Shown here piece after piece: positions 10,019-19,707 of a DNA stretch of 64,000 nucleotides (position 1 is its first letter; each line of letters begins with the position of its first letter). Made by a program: the position numbers and the translations under genes. Source of the DNA: Desulfobacterales bacterium (lineage in GTDB: Bacteria > Desulfobacterota > Desulfobacteria > Desulfobacterales > UBA2174); contig CAXXWC010000018.1 in assembly GCA_963668645.2 (NCBI GenBank), positions 64,001 to 128,000 on the forward strand, read 5' to 3'. Below the pieces are notes generated by a model that made no database searches, was not told where the DNA came from, and saw only the letters and a program-made list of their open reading frames with translations.

Positions 10019-10582
10019 GTGATGGTGACCGAAAATCTGCGCACAGCCGTTCTGTACGCCGCCATGCAGGCGGCAACGGTGCTGGCCGAAGATCGGCCCC
10101 GATGCGTGATCCTCTTCGGTTCAGCAGCGGCCTTGCTCGCGGGGCAGGGAAGCGGTGCACGGCCCCGTGACCTCGATCTTTTGCTGATCGGAGATTTCCC
10201 CCCGCCGCGGGACATTTCAAAAAACCTCGGTTTTCCCGTGGAGCTTCACCGCCTGCGGACCGCCGAGTTGATCGACGTCGCCACGATCCTGCGTTATGAT
10301 TCCCGCTTGGTGGCTCTGGCCCGGTTCTATGCGGACAATCTGGTGCGCCGGCACGCCCTGCGGGTCATCGCGGCATGTCTGCTGCTCGGACCCGGGTACC
10401 GGGACTTCGGTTTCGAACAGATCGAGGTCGACGGCCGCCCCGATCCTCGCGATTACGGCTGCCACCGGGTGCTTTACGGCCACGACTGGTGGGGACGGAT
10501 TGCCGCCTGGGCCCGAAAAAGACGCGGTCCGGTGGGACGTTGGAGTGACCGGCTGGTGGCCGGCGACATCTTTCCCGGATAA
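10019..10582 (+). CDS. Hypothetical protein with a Pol-beta-type nucleotidyltransferase motif
   Basis: ILFGS...RDLDLLL matches hG[GS]...DhD; codon bias is consistent with coding. Confidence 0.6.
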   Translation: MMVTENLRTAVLYAAMQAATVLAEDRPRCVILFGSAAALLAGQGSGARPRDLDLLLIGDFPPPRDISKNLGFPVELHRLRTAELIDVATILRYDSRLVALARFYADNLVRRHALRVIAACLLLGPGYRDFGFEQIEVDGRPDPRDYGCHRVLYGHDWWGRIAAWARKRRGPVGRWSDRLVAGDIFPG

Positions 10583-10646
10583 GGCCGGCAGGTCCGTTGA
10601 TGGCGGGTCTTGGTGAACCGTCGACGAAGATCCCCTTGAAAGGACA

Positions 10647-11699
10647 ATGAAAATGCGTGCCATGCTCTTGAAACGGCTGGGGCCGGTGACGGCCGCCAGC
10701 CCACCTCTGGTTCCGGCGCAGCGGCCGGATCCGGTTGCCGGGCCGGGCCAGGTCCTGATTCGGGTGGCAGCCTGCGGGGTCTGCCACACCGAGCTCGACG
10801 AAATCGAGGGGCGCACGCCGCCGCCGCGGTTGCCAGTTATTCCGGGTCACGAAGTGGTGGGGCGGGTGGCCCAGTGCGGTCCGGGCGCCTTGCGGTTTCG
10901 CGCCGGTGACCGGGTGGGGGTCGGCTGGATCTGGTCGGCCTGTGGCCGGTGCGGTTACTGCCGCAAGGGGTTGGAAAACCTTTGTGCCGGTTTCAAGGCC
11001 ACCGGACGCGACGCGGACGGCGGCTATGGCGAATGGCTGGTGGCCCCAGAAGATTCGGTTTTCCGGATCCCGGACCGCTATGCCGATGCCGCCGCCGCAC
11101 CGCTGCTTTGCGCCGGGGCCGTGGGCTACCGCGCATTGCGGCTGGCCGGGATCCGCAACGGGCAGACCCTGGGGCTGACCGGGTTCGGCGCCTCGGGGCA
11201 TCTGGTGCTGAAGATGGTGCGTCATCTTTTTCCGGATTCGCCCGTATCGGTTTTTGCCCGCAGCCAGGCGCAACGGATTTTCGCCCTCGAGTTGGGGGCG
11301 GCCTGGGCCGGGGATACCGAACAGACCCCGCCCCAGCTTCTCGATGCGGTCATCGACACCACGCCGGTCTGGCGGCCGGTGATCGCAGCCCTGGCTTGCC
11401 TCGCCCCGGGCGGACGTTTGGTGATCAACGCCATTCGCAAGGAGAATCGGGATAGCAACCTGCTGGCAGGGATCGACTACCCGACCCACCTGTGGATGGA
11501 AAAAGAGATCAAAACCGTGGCCAATGTGGCGCGGCGCGATCTGGCCGAGTTCCTTGAGCTGGCCGGCGAGGTGGACCTCACCCCACAGATCGAGGTATTC
11601 CCGCTGCAAGAGGCCAACCGAGCCCTGCTCGAGTTGACCGGGCGTAAAGTCCGCGGCGCCAAGGTGCTGCTGATCGACGACGGGCCGGGGCAGGTTTGA
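10647..11699 (+). CDS. Zinc-dependent alcohol dehydrogenase (AdhP-like MDR family)
   Basis: CGVCHT, PGHEVVG, CGRCGYC...ENLC, APLLCAG, GFGASG. Confidence 0.92.
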   Translation: MKMRAMLLKRLGPVTAASPPLVPAQRPDPVAGPGQVLIRVAACGVCHTELDEIEGRTPPPRLPVIPGHEVVGRVAQCGPGALRFRAGDRVGVGWIWSACGRCGYCRKGLENLCAGFKATGRDADGGYGEWLVAPEDSVFRIPDRYADAAAAPLLCAGAVGYRALRLAGIRNGQTLGLTGFGASGHLVLKMVRHLFPDSPVSVFARSQAQRIFALELGAAWAGDTEQTPPQLLDAVIDTTPVWRPVIAALACLAPGGRLVINAIRKENRDSNLLAGIDYPTHLWMEKEIKTVANVARRDLAEFLELAGEVDLTPQIEVFPLQEANRALLELTGRKVRGAKVLLIDDGPGQV

Positions 11700-11811
11700 T
11701 TCAGCCCGGGTCGCTGCAGATAATGGCAGACGGGGAAAAAGTGCTTGCACCCGGCACCCGGCTGATTCCTGAAATCCGCTCTGGCATCCGGCAAAAGTCC
11801 GCGGCGTCCGG

Positions 11812-12144
11812 TCAGAAGGCCATTTTCTCCGGTGGCCGGCGTTCCGGGACATAGGGGTGGGCTGCCGTATCCGCGTTCCAGGCGGCCGAGACGTAAAGGT
11901 TGCAGTAGCAGCTGCCGTATTCGGCCACATCCGGTTCCCGGTAAACGCAAGGGCAGATGATGTCCCGATCGGCTTCCTTGTCGCCGGCGGCCAGCCGGCA
12001 GGGGCAGGCCATGTAGCCGTAGCGGGATTTGTTGAGCAGCAAGGCTTGCAGCAGGTCCATGACCCGCTCCCGGTCGTTGCTGAAATAGTACCCTTTGGCC
12101 TCCTGCGTCTTTTTCAACATTTCATAAAGCTGTTGGGCCTCCAT
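11812..12144 (-). CDS. Ferredoxin:thioredoxin/glutaredoxin reductase catalytic subunit
   Basis: CPCR...CPC...CYC motifs; ATG overlaps the glutaredoxin stop (TGATG). Confidence 0.9.
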   Translation of the reverse strand: MEAQQLYEMLKKTQEAKGYYFSNDRERVMDLLQALLLNKSRYGYMACPCRLAAGDKEADRDIICPCVYREPDVAEYGSCYCNLYVSAAWNADTAAHPYVPERRPPEKMAF

Positions 12145-12398
12145 CAGATCCCCAGAGCCTCCTTTATCTCCTGCTCCCTGAAGCCGACGATAACCTTGTC
12201 GCCGATGATGATGGTCGGAAAAGAGCATTTGGGGTTGAATTTGCGGACATCCTCCAGAATCTGCTTGCGCTCGTCTCCCTCGAGCAGATCGACGTCGACA
12301 AATTCGTATTGAACCGTGCATTCGTTGAGCAGTTTCTTGGTCGACTTGCAGTGGCTGCATGTGCTGAGCGAGTAGAGCTTGACCGTTTTTTCATCCAT
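12144..12398 (-). CDS. Glutaredoxin (NrdH-like)
   Basis: LYSLSTCSHC active site, SFPTIIIG, IVGF. Confidence 0.9.
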   Translation of the reverse strand: MDEKTVKLYSLSTCSHCKSTKKLLNECTVQYEFVDVDLLEGDERKQILEDVRKFNPKCSFPTIIIGDKVIVGFREQEIKEALGI

Positions 12399-12604
12399 TT
12401 GACTTTCCCCTTTGTGCCTTGGCAGGTTGCGATGACAAAATCTTTGGAGCCCATCCAACCATAGCCGTCCTGATTTGACAATCCTGATCTCGATTGTGCC
12501 CCCATATCCTGCAACGTTGCGACGGTTTGTCAAGCGTGTGGCACTTTCCATCGCCTTGCCGGGCGCTGCTCCCTGAAGCGGGAGGATCGGGTATGGATTT
12601 TAGC

Positions 12605-12650
12605 TTGACAAAGGAATCGGGATGCGCATTATTAATGATAATCGTTATTA
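12605..12650 (+). promoter_or_regulatory. Sigma-70-like cooS promoter overlapped by a Fur/PerR-family box
   Basis: TTGACA at 12605-12610; ATTAATGATAATCGTTATT at 12631-12649 matches 15/19 of the E. coli Fur consensus GATAATGATAATCATTATC. Confidence 0.6.
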
Positions 12651-12792
12651 TTAGCTAGAGTTCAGGGCTCTTTCCCGTACCCGCCTCAATCCTGTGGACT
12701 CAGCCTCAACCCGGCCCCGAAGGTCGGCCGTCATCCGGTAGACGAAAACACGATTTGCAATCAATCCAAATCTTTCCATGAAGGAGGGCTCA

Positions 12793-14772
12793 ATGCCAGA
12801 AGCCTCAGCCAAGGACAAGAAGGCCGCCAAGCAGCCGAATATCAAGGACTTTACCATTTGTGACGCCACCGCTCAGATGCTTGAAAAAGCGCGCCGAGAT
12901 GGCGTTGAAACCGCCTTCGACCGGGCCGCGAACATGAAAGCCTGCCCCATCGGGGCCGATTCGGCCTGCTGCAAGCACTGCGCCATGGGGCCGTGTCGTC
13001 TCAACAGCAAGGATCCCTACGGGAAAGTGGGGGTTTGCGGGGCCACCATCGACACCATCATGGCACGCAACTTCGCCCGTATGGTCGCTTCGGGGGCCGC
13101 GGCCCACACCGACCACGGGATGTCGATGCTCGATCTGTTTCGCGAGGTGGTGCACGGCAAGATCAAAGAGTACCGCATCAAGGATGTTCACAAGCTTGAG
13201 CAGGTGGCCCAGGAGATCGGGATCGAAACCGAGGGGCGCAGTGTGGAGCAGATCGCCGACGATCTTTACAAGGAGCTGGAACGAACCTACACCCAGGTCG
13301 AGGGGGAAATTCCTTTTGCCAAACGGGTGCCGGCCAAGACCCTGGAAACATGGCGCAAGCTGGGGGTGGTGCCCCGTGGCGCCATGCGCGAGATCATGGA
13401 ATTGATGCATCGCACCCATATGGGTGTGGATCAGCATTACGAGAACATTTTGCGCCAGTGCAGCCGCACCGCCCTTTCCGACGGGTGGGGCGGTTCCATG
13501 GTGGCCACCGAGATCTCGGACATCCTTTTCGGCACACCGACTCCGGTTGCGGTCGACGTGAACATGGGGGTGCTCAAGGAGGACCAGGTCAACATCATCG
13601 TGCACGGGCACGAACCGAACCTGTTCGAATCGATGCTCGTATCGGTCAACGAACCGACCCTGGTCGAGGCGGCCCGGGCCGCCGGGGCCAAGGGGATCAA
13701 TCTGGTGGGGATGTGCTGTTCGGGGGCAGAGATGATGTCGCGCCATGGCGTGCCCCACGCGGGCAACTTCATGTCCACCGAGGCCGTCCTGGTCACCGGG
13801 GCGGTGGACACGATGTGCGTGGATGTGCAGTGCATCAAGCAGGGGCTGGCCAAGGTGGCCGAGTGTTACAATACCCCGTTGATCACCACCAACCCCCGCT
13901 GCCACATCGAGGGGGCCGAGCACGTGGAGTTTCACGAGCACGACCCGCAGTCGACCACCGACGAGATCGTGCTCAAGGCCATCGGTCGCTTCAAGAACCG
14001 CCGGATGCCGGTGGAGATCCCACACATCACCAACACCGGCATCCATGGCTTTTCCCACGAGTATATCAACTACATGCTGGGCGGGACCTTCCGCGGCAGC
14101 TACACCCCGCTCAACGATAACATCATCAACGGCCGTATCCGGGGCGTGGCCGGGGTGGTGGGTTGCACCAACCCCCGGGTCAAGCAGGACTGGGTCCATG
14201 TGGAACTGGTCAAGGAGCTGATCAAGAACGATGTCCTCGTTTTGCAGACCGGGTGCAGCCAGATTTCCCTGGCCAAGGCCGGACTGCTGACCCCCGAGGC
14301 GGCGCATCTGGCCGGATCGGGTCTCAAGGAAGTCTGCGAGGCGGTGGGCATGCCGCCGGTACTGGGTATGGGATCATGCGTGGACAACAGCAGGATCCTG
14401 ATCGCGGCCGCCGAGATGGTGCGGGTGGGCGGATTGGGCGATAGCATCGCCGATCTGCCGGCGGCCGGTGCAGCTCCAGAATGGATGAGTGAAAAGGCCA
14501 TCTCCATCGGCCACTATTTTGTGGCTTCGGGGGTCTACACCGTCTTTGGTGTGACCTTTCCCATCGTCGAGGAGACCAAGTTTCACCGGCTGCTTTTCGA
14601 TGGGATTGAGGCCCAGGGCATGGGCAAGTGGGGCTTTAGCGCCGATCCGTACGAGATGGCGCGCCTGATGATCGCCCACATCGACAAGAAGCGCAAGGCC
14701 CTAGGCATCGACAAGTCCCGCGAGCGGGTGTTGGTGGACATGGCCGACCGCAGGGCGATGGAAGCGGCCTGA
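12793..14772 (+). CDS. cooS: Anaerobic Ni-containing carbon monoxide dehydrogenase, catalytic subunit
   Basis: CPIGADSACCKHCAMGPC (D/B clusters), HGHEP, MCCSG, DVQC, GCTN, TGCS, GSCVDNSR, PEWMSEKA; AAGGAGG SD. Confidence 0.96.
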   Translation: MPEASAKDKKAAKQPNIKDFTICDATAQMLEKARRDGVETAFDRAANMKACPIGADSACCKHCAMGPCRLNSKDPYGKVGVCGATIDTIMARNFARMVASGAAAHTDHGMSMLDLFREVVHGKIKEYRIKDVHKLEQVAQEIGIETEGRSVEQIADDLYKELERTYTQVEGEIPFAKRVPAKTLETWRKLGVVPRGAMREIMELMHRTHMGVDQHYENILRQCSRTALSDGWGGSMVATEISDILFGTPTPVAVDVNMGVLKEDQVNIIVHGHEPNLFESMLVSVNEPTLVEAARAAGAKGINLVGMCCSGAEMMSRHGVPHAGNFMSTEAVLVTGAVDTMCVDVQCIKQGLAKVAECYNTPLITTNPRCHIEGAEHVEFHEHDPQSTTDEIVLKAIGRFKNRRMPVEIPHITNTGIHGFSHEYINYMLGGTFRGSYTPLNDNIINGRIRGVAGVVGCTNPRVKQDWVHVELVKELIKNDVLVLQTGCSQISLAKAGLLTPEAAHLAGSGLKEVCEAVGMPPVLGMGSCVDNSRILIAAAEMVRVGGLGDSIADLPAAGAAPEWMSEKAISIGHYFVASGVYTVFGVTFPIVEETKFHRLLFDGIEAQGMGKWGFSADPYEMARLMIAHIDKKRKALGIDKSRERVLVDMADRRAMEAA

Positions 14773-14808
14773 TCCACCTTTTCTTTAAGGCGGTTTGCAC
14801 CGATTGGC

Positions 14809-14837
14809 GGGGGCACCGGAAACGGTGCCCCCTTTTT
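14809..14837 (+). terminator. Rho-independent terminator of cooS
   Basis: GGGGGCACCG-GAAA-CGGTGCCCCC followed by TTTTT. Confidence 0.9.
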
Positions 14838-14890
14838 GTCTGGCTGCCGGCAGGTGGGCCTTTTCGGTGAGCGAAGGCAAAAAGATGAGG

Positions 14891-16270
14891 TCAACGGTTC
14901 GAAAGTTCGGGGAAATTTTCCAGAAAGCGGTATAGGGTCGCTCGGCCTACGCCGAGGACCCGGGCCGCGCGGGCCTTGTTGCCGCCGGTTTCCTTCAACG
15001 CACTGCGCACGCTGTGGGCGTCCAGCTTGCGGCCCGGTCCTCTTGAAAAAAAGTCCGGAGCACCGGCCCTGCCCGCCGGCCCAAGGGGACGATCCGGCCG
15101 CCTGCGGTCTGTCAGCTCCAGGGGCAGATCCGCCGGGGTGATGATGCGCCCGCCGCTTTTGACGATGGCGAACTGAATGGCGTTTTGCAGCTCGCGAACG
15201 TTGCCGGGCCAATCGTAGTCCATTAAAACGGACAGGGTTTCGGCCGACACCCGGGCCAGTTTTTTGCCATACTGTTCGCTGGCCTCGTTCAAAAAATGGT
15301 TGACCAGCAGCGGGATGTCGTTGCGCCGTTCCCGCAGCGGGGGCAGGCGGATGGGAATCACATTGAGCCGGTAGTAAAGGTCTTCGCGAAAGGCGCCCGT
15401 TTCCACCTCTTTTTTCAGCTCCTTGTTGGTGGCGCTGATGATCTTGACCGACACGGCAGTTTCTTTTTCCCCTCCGACCCGCACGAAACGGCCCTCCTGA
15501 AGGAAACGCAGCAGTTTGACTTGCATGGAGCGGGAAAGTTCGGCGACTTCGTCGAGAAAAAGGCTGCCGCCGTTGGCCAGCTCGAAGCGTCCCTTCTTGT
15601 CGCGGATGGCCCCGGAAAAGGCACCCTTGACATGCCCGAAGAGTTCACTTTCGATCAAGGTCTCGGGAAGGGCGCCGCAGTTGACCGGCACGAAAGGGGC
15701 GCCGGCACGATGGCTTTCATGATGAATCGCCGTTGCGACCAGCTCCTTGCCGGTACCGGTCTCCCCGCAGATGTGAACCGGGTAGTCGTAGGCCGCCACT
15801 TCGCTGATCTGCTGAAAGACCTGGAGCATCTTGATGTCCTGGCCGACGATGTTGCCGAAACTGGTCAGTTTGCGCGCCTGAATCTGGAGGGCCAAAAGAT
15901 CGGTGACATCCCGAAAGCAGGCCAGTATCCCGATGGGCCTGTCATCGTCGCCGGTCATCAGGGTTACACTCATCTCGATGCGGCGGGCTTCTCCGGTGCT
16001 TCTAAAAATGTTGGTGGCATATTCGCAGTTGGGGGTCGGTCTCGACCGGGGCTCGCAAAACGAACACTTGTCGCCGCAAAAAGGGGTGCCGAAAGCCTGG
16101 TGGCAGTCCCGCCCGAGGACGTCGCTACGATTGTATCCGGTGATCCGCTCGGCCTCCGTGTTGAAAAAGAAGATCCGCCGCTGCATGTCGTGGGCGATGA
16201 TGCCTTCTTTGAGATTGTCCAGAATGCGTTCCAGGTTGGCCTGATTGGCGGTGATGTGAGCGATGGACAC
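14891..16270 (-). CDS. PAS-domain sigma-54-dependent transcriptional activator (Fis-type HTH)
   Basis: PAS domain, GETGTGKE, ESELFGHVKGAFSGA, LFLDEV, FREDLYYRL, WPGNVREL, C-terminal HTH; GTG start at 16270 chosen from an AAGAGGA SD. Confidence 0.92.
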   Translation of the reverse strand: MSIAHITANQANLERILDNLKEGIIAHDMQRRIFFFNTEAERITGYNRSDVLGRDCHQAFGTPFCGDKCSFCEPRSRPTPNCEYATNIFRSTGEARRIEMSVTLMTGDDDRPIGILACFRDVTDLLALQIQARKLTSFGNIVGQDIKMLQVFQQISEVAAYDYPVHICGETGTGKELVATAIHHESHRAGAPFVPVNCGALPETLIESELFGHVKGAFSGAIRDKKGRFELANGGSLFLDEVAELSRSMQVKLLRFLQEGRFVRVGGEKETAVSVKIISATNKELKKEVETGAFREDLYYRLNVIPIRLPPLRERRNDIPLLVNHFLNEASEQYGKKLARVSAETLSVLMDYDWPGNVRELQNAIQFAIVKSGGRIITPADLPLELTDRRRPDRPLGPAGRAGAPDFFSRGPGRKLDAHSVRSALKETGGNKARAARVLGVGRATLYRFLENFPELSNR

Positions 16271-16483
16271 GACAGCAATCCTCTTGAAGAGTGGCGGATG
16301 GCGCCGCAAGCGGCCAACGGTCAGCCTACCCAAAGGGCGGCTAAAAGTCAATCGGCGCGGGGCGCCTTGACAGCTGCAATTTCGCGCGGTTATAGTCACT
16401 TTTCAGGTAATGATGCAGCGCGGCGTGAATTGGGCGCCGCGTTGTTTTTGCTTTTGAGCCGCAGATGAATGCGAGGTGCCGAT

Positions 16484-17077
16484 ATGCGACGGATTTTCTT
16501 ATTGTTCATGGTGGCCATGATCTGGATCGGCGGGGGCAACGCCGCGGCCGATGATACGGCCAGGGCCGAAGCTCAGCTCAAGGAACGGGTCGATCAGGCG
16601 ATGGAGATTTTAAGGCGCTCGGATCTCGAGTTGAGCGTCAAGAAGGAAAAGATCGTATCCATCGTCGAGCCGCTTTTCGATTTTCCCCTGATGGCCAAGC
16701 TCGTACTCGGACGCAAGCATTGGTCAAGGCTCAATGCTCAGGAACAGGAGCGTTTCGAGACTCTGTTCGTCAAGCGGCTCAAGTCGTCCTACATCGACAA
16801 GATCGATCAATACAGCGATGAGACCCTCGAGTGGCGCCCCCCAGTGCCGGATGGTAACGACCGGGTGCAGGTGCCGTCCGCACTGGTCCAGCAGCAAAAA
16901 GAGATCATCATCCTCTACAAGCTCTACCGCAGTGCAGCCGGAGGATGGCGGATCTACGATGTCGAAGTGCAAGGGATCAGCATCGTCGCCACCTTCCGGT
17001 CCCAGTTCGACCAGATCTTGAGCACCGGTACGGTGGACGATCTGTTCCGCGAACTTGAAAAATCGGGTAACGCCTGA
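16484..17077 (+). CDS. MlaC/Ttg2D-family periplasmic lipid-binding protein
   Basis: Signal peptide, FDFPLMAKLVLGRKHW, WRIYDVEVQGISIVATFRSQF. Confidence 0.88.
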   Translation: MRRIFLLFMVAMIWIGGGNAAADDTARAEAQLKERVDQAMEILRRSDLELSVKKEKIVSIVEPLFDFPLMAKLVLGRKHWSRLNAQEQERFETLFVKRLKSSYIDKIDQYSDETLEWRPPVPDGNDRVQVPSALVQQQKEIIILYKLYRSAAGGWRIYDVEVQGISIVATFRSQFDQILSTGTVDDLFRELEKSGNA

Positions 17078-17126
17078 CCGCTGTGGGCCAAAGGCCCCAT
17101 GTCCTTTCTACTTCGAGGTTCCTGTG

Positions 17127-19673
17127 ATGTCTGATCATGCGCCGTTATGGGTGCACTGCTTTGACCGGATCGTTCTGGCCCGGCCCTGCTTGACCGCTCT
17201 GGTGCTCGTGGCTCTTTTTGCCGTCCTCGGGTACCATGCCCGCGAGTTTCGGCTGGATGCGTCTTCCGAAACCCTGATGCTGGAGCACGATGCCGATTTG
17301 GCCTATGCGCGTCAGATCGATGCCCGCTACGGCAGCTCCGATTTTCTGATCGTGGCCTATACACCCCACCAGGATCTTTTCGCCGCCCAGAGCCTACAGC
17401 GGCTCAAGGCCCTGAAGGCGGATCTGGCGCGTGTCGAGCGCGTATCGTCGGTGATGACGATTCTCGATGTCCCCCTTCTGGAAAGTCCACCGGTGCCGAT
17501 CAAGGAGTTGGCCAACGGCCTGCGCACCCTGCTGGATGCGCGCACCGACAAATCCCTGGCCCGGGTCGAATTTCAGCAAAGCCCCCTTTACCGCGACCTG
17601 CTGGTGAGCAGTGATCTGCACACCACCGCGCTGGTGGTCCAGTTCCCTCCAGACAGCCGCTGGAGCGAGCTGCGAAACCGGCGCGACGCCCTGCGTGAAA
17701 AGGCGGACCGCCAGGGGCTGGCTCCGGACGAGGCGCGTGCCTTGCAGGAGGTCTCGGCCGCCTTTCGGGACTACCGCGACCAAGCGCGCCGCCAGTGGCA
17801 TGCCACCATCGAGAAAGTGCGCCGGATCCTGGATGGTTACCGGGGTGAGGCGGACGTTTTTCTCGGCGGGGTGGACATGATCGCCGACGACATGCTCAGT
17901 TTCATCCGCAGCGATCTGAAAGTTTTCGGGCTGGGGGTTTTCCTTTTTCTGGTGGGGGTCCTGTGGATTCTTTTCCGTTCGCTGCGCTGGGTTGTCCTGC
18001 CGATCCTGTGTTGCACCTTTTCGGTATTGGTCATGGTGGGGATCCTGGGTCTTTGCGGTTGGGAAGTGACGGTGATTTCGTCAAATTTTGTCTCACTGCA
18101 GCTGATCATCACCATGGCGATCACGATTCATTTGATCGTGCGTTACCGGGAATTGGCCGCCCGCAATCCGGACGCCACCCAGCGCGATCTGGTGCGCGAA
18201 ACCGTTCGTTTGATGTTCAAGCCTTGTGTCTATGCCGCCCTGACCACCATCGCCGGTTTCGCTTCTCTGGTCTTTTCCGACATCAAACCGGTGATCACCT
18301 TCGGTTGGATGATGATCGTCGGGATCGCGGTTTCCATGGTGGTCACTTTCATGCTTTTTCCTGCGGTGTTGATGCTCTTGCCCTTGAAGAGCGGTTCGAC
18401 CGGCCCAGAGAAAAAACATGCTCTGGCCGTTGTACTGGAGCATTTTACCGAGCACCACGGCACCCTGATCCTGGTGGTCAGCATGGCCGCCCTGGCCTTC
18501 GGCGCCTGGGGTATCACCCGATTGAAGGTGGAAAACGCGTTCATCGATTATTTCAAGAAATCGACCGAGATTTACCAGGGGATGCACGTCATCGACCAGA
18601 AGCTGGGCGGCACCACGCCCTTGGACGTGGTGATCGAACTCGATGCGCCGGCGCGATCAGCGAGTCGCGGCGTCTCAAACCCCGATGCCCCCGGGGTTCA
18701 GGCCCCGGACGACGTTTTTGCCGGATTCGAGGAGTTCGACAAGGTGGACGACAGTGCCAAGTACTGGTTTGCTAAGGATAAAATGGCCCGGGTCATGGCG
18801 ATCCACGACTACCTGGACCGCCTGCCGCAAACAGGCAAGGTGCTCTCATTGGCCACGGGCCTCAAGATCGCCGAACAGCTCAACGGCGGCCAGGCGCTGG
18901 ACAATTTCGCCCTGGCCCTGCTCTTCAGCGAGTCGCCACCCGAGCTCAGGCGCATTTTGATCGATCCCTATGTTTCGGTGGAGCACGATCAGGTCCGCTT
19001 TTCGGCGCGCATCATCGATTCCCAGCCCGGTTTACGGCGCAACGAACTGCTCGAAAAGATCCGCGCGGAGCTGATCGAACGGTTCAATCTTCCTGCTAAC
19101 CGGGTGCATCTGACCGGCATGATGGTCCTGTACAACAACATGCTCCAGAGCCTCTTCCGGTCCCAGGTGTTGACCCTGGGGGCCACGGTGATGGCTTTGA
19201 TGGTGATGTTCTGGATCCTGTTCAGATCCTTGCGACTGGCGATGCTGGCCATCTTCCCCAACCTGTTGAGCATCGCCGTGGTGCTCGGTTTTATGGGCTG
19301 GGCCAAGATTCCGCTGGACATGATGACCATTACCATCGCGGCCATCAGCGTGGGGATCGCAGTGGACGACACGATCCATTACATCCACCGCTTTCGCCAG
19401 GAATTCAACCAGGACGGCACCTACGTCGGTACCATGCGGCGTTGCCATGGCAGTGTGGGCCATGCCATGTACTACACTTCGATAACGGTGATCATCGGCT
19501 TTTCGATTCTGGTGTTTTCCAATTTTATTCCCACCATTTATTTTGGCTTGTTGACCAGCCTGGCCATGGGCATCGCGCTTTTGGCGGCCTTGACCCTGCT
19601 GCCGGCGCTGATCGTACGCATCCGTCCCTTCGGGCCCGAGGCACTGTCTCATGCGGCGTCCCCGGCCGATTGA
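17127..19673 (+). CDS. MMPL/RND-family transporter
   Basis: Two repeats of TM, large loop and 5 TMs; ALTTIAGFASL, GIAVDDTIH. Confidence 0.9.
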   Translation: MSDHAPLWVHCFDRIVLARPCLTALVLVALFAVLGYHAREFRLDASSETLMLEHDADLAYARQIDARYGSSDFLIVAYTPHQDLFAAQSLQRLKALKADLARVERVSSVMTILDVPLLESPPVPIKELANGLRTLLDARTDKSLARVEFQQSPLYRDLLVSSDLHTTALVVQFPPDSRWSELRNRRDALREKADRQGLAPDEARALQEVSAAFRDYRDQARRQWHATIEKVRRILDGYRGEADVFLGGVDMIADDMLSFIRSDLKVFGLGVFLFLVGVLWILFRSLRWVVLPILCCTFSVLVMVGILGLCGWEVTVISSNFVSLQLIITMAITIHLIVRYRELAARNPDATQRDLVRETVRLMFKPCVYAALTTIAGFASLVFSDIKPVITFGWMMIVGIAVSMVVTFMLFPAVLMLLPLKSGSTGPEKKHALAVVLEHFTEHHGTLILVVSMAALAFGAWGITRLKVENAFIDYFKKSTEIYQGMHVIDQKLGGTTPLDVVIELDAPARSASRGVSNPDAPGVQAPDDVFAGFEEFDKVDDSAKYWFAKDKMARVMAIHDYLDRLPQTGKVLSLATGLKIAEQLNGGQALDNFALALLFSESPPELRRILIDPYVSVEHDQVRFSARIIDSQPGLRRNELLEKIRAELIERFNLPANRVHLTGMMVLYNNMLQSLFRSQVLTLGATVMALMVMFWILFRSLRLAMLAIFPNLLSIAVVLGFMGWAKIPLDMMTITIAAISVGIAVDDTIHYIHRFRQEFNQDGTYVGTMRRCHGSVGHAMYYTSITVIIGFSILVFSNFIPTIYFGLLTSLAMGIALLAALTLLPALIVRIRPFGPEALSHAASPAD

Positions 19674-19707
19674 CCAGAGGTGATGGAAGGCGAGAAGGGA
19701 GGACTCA

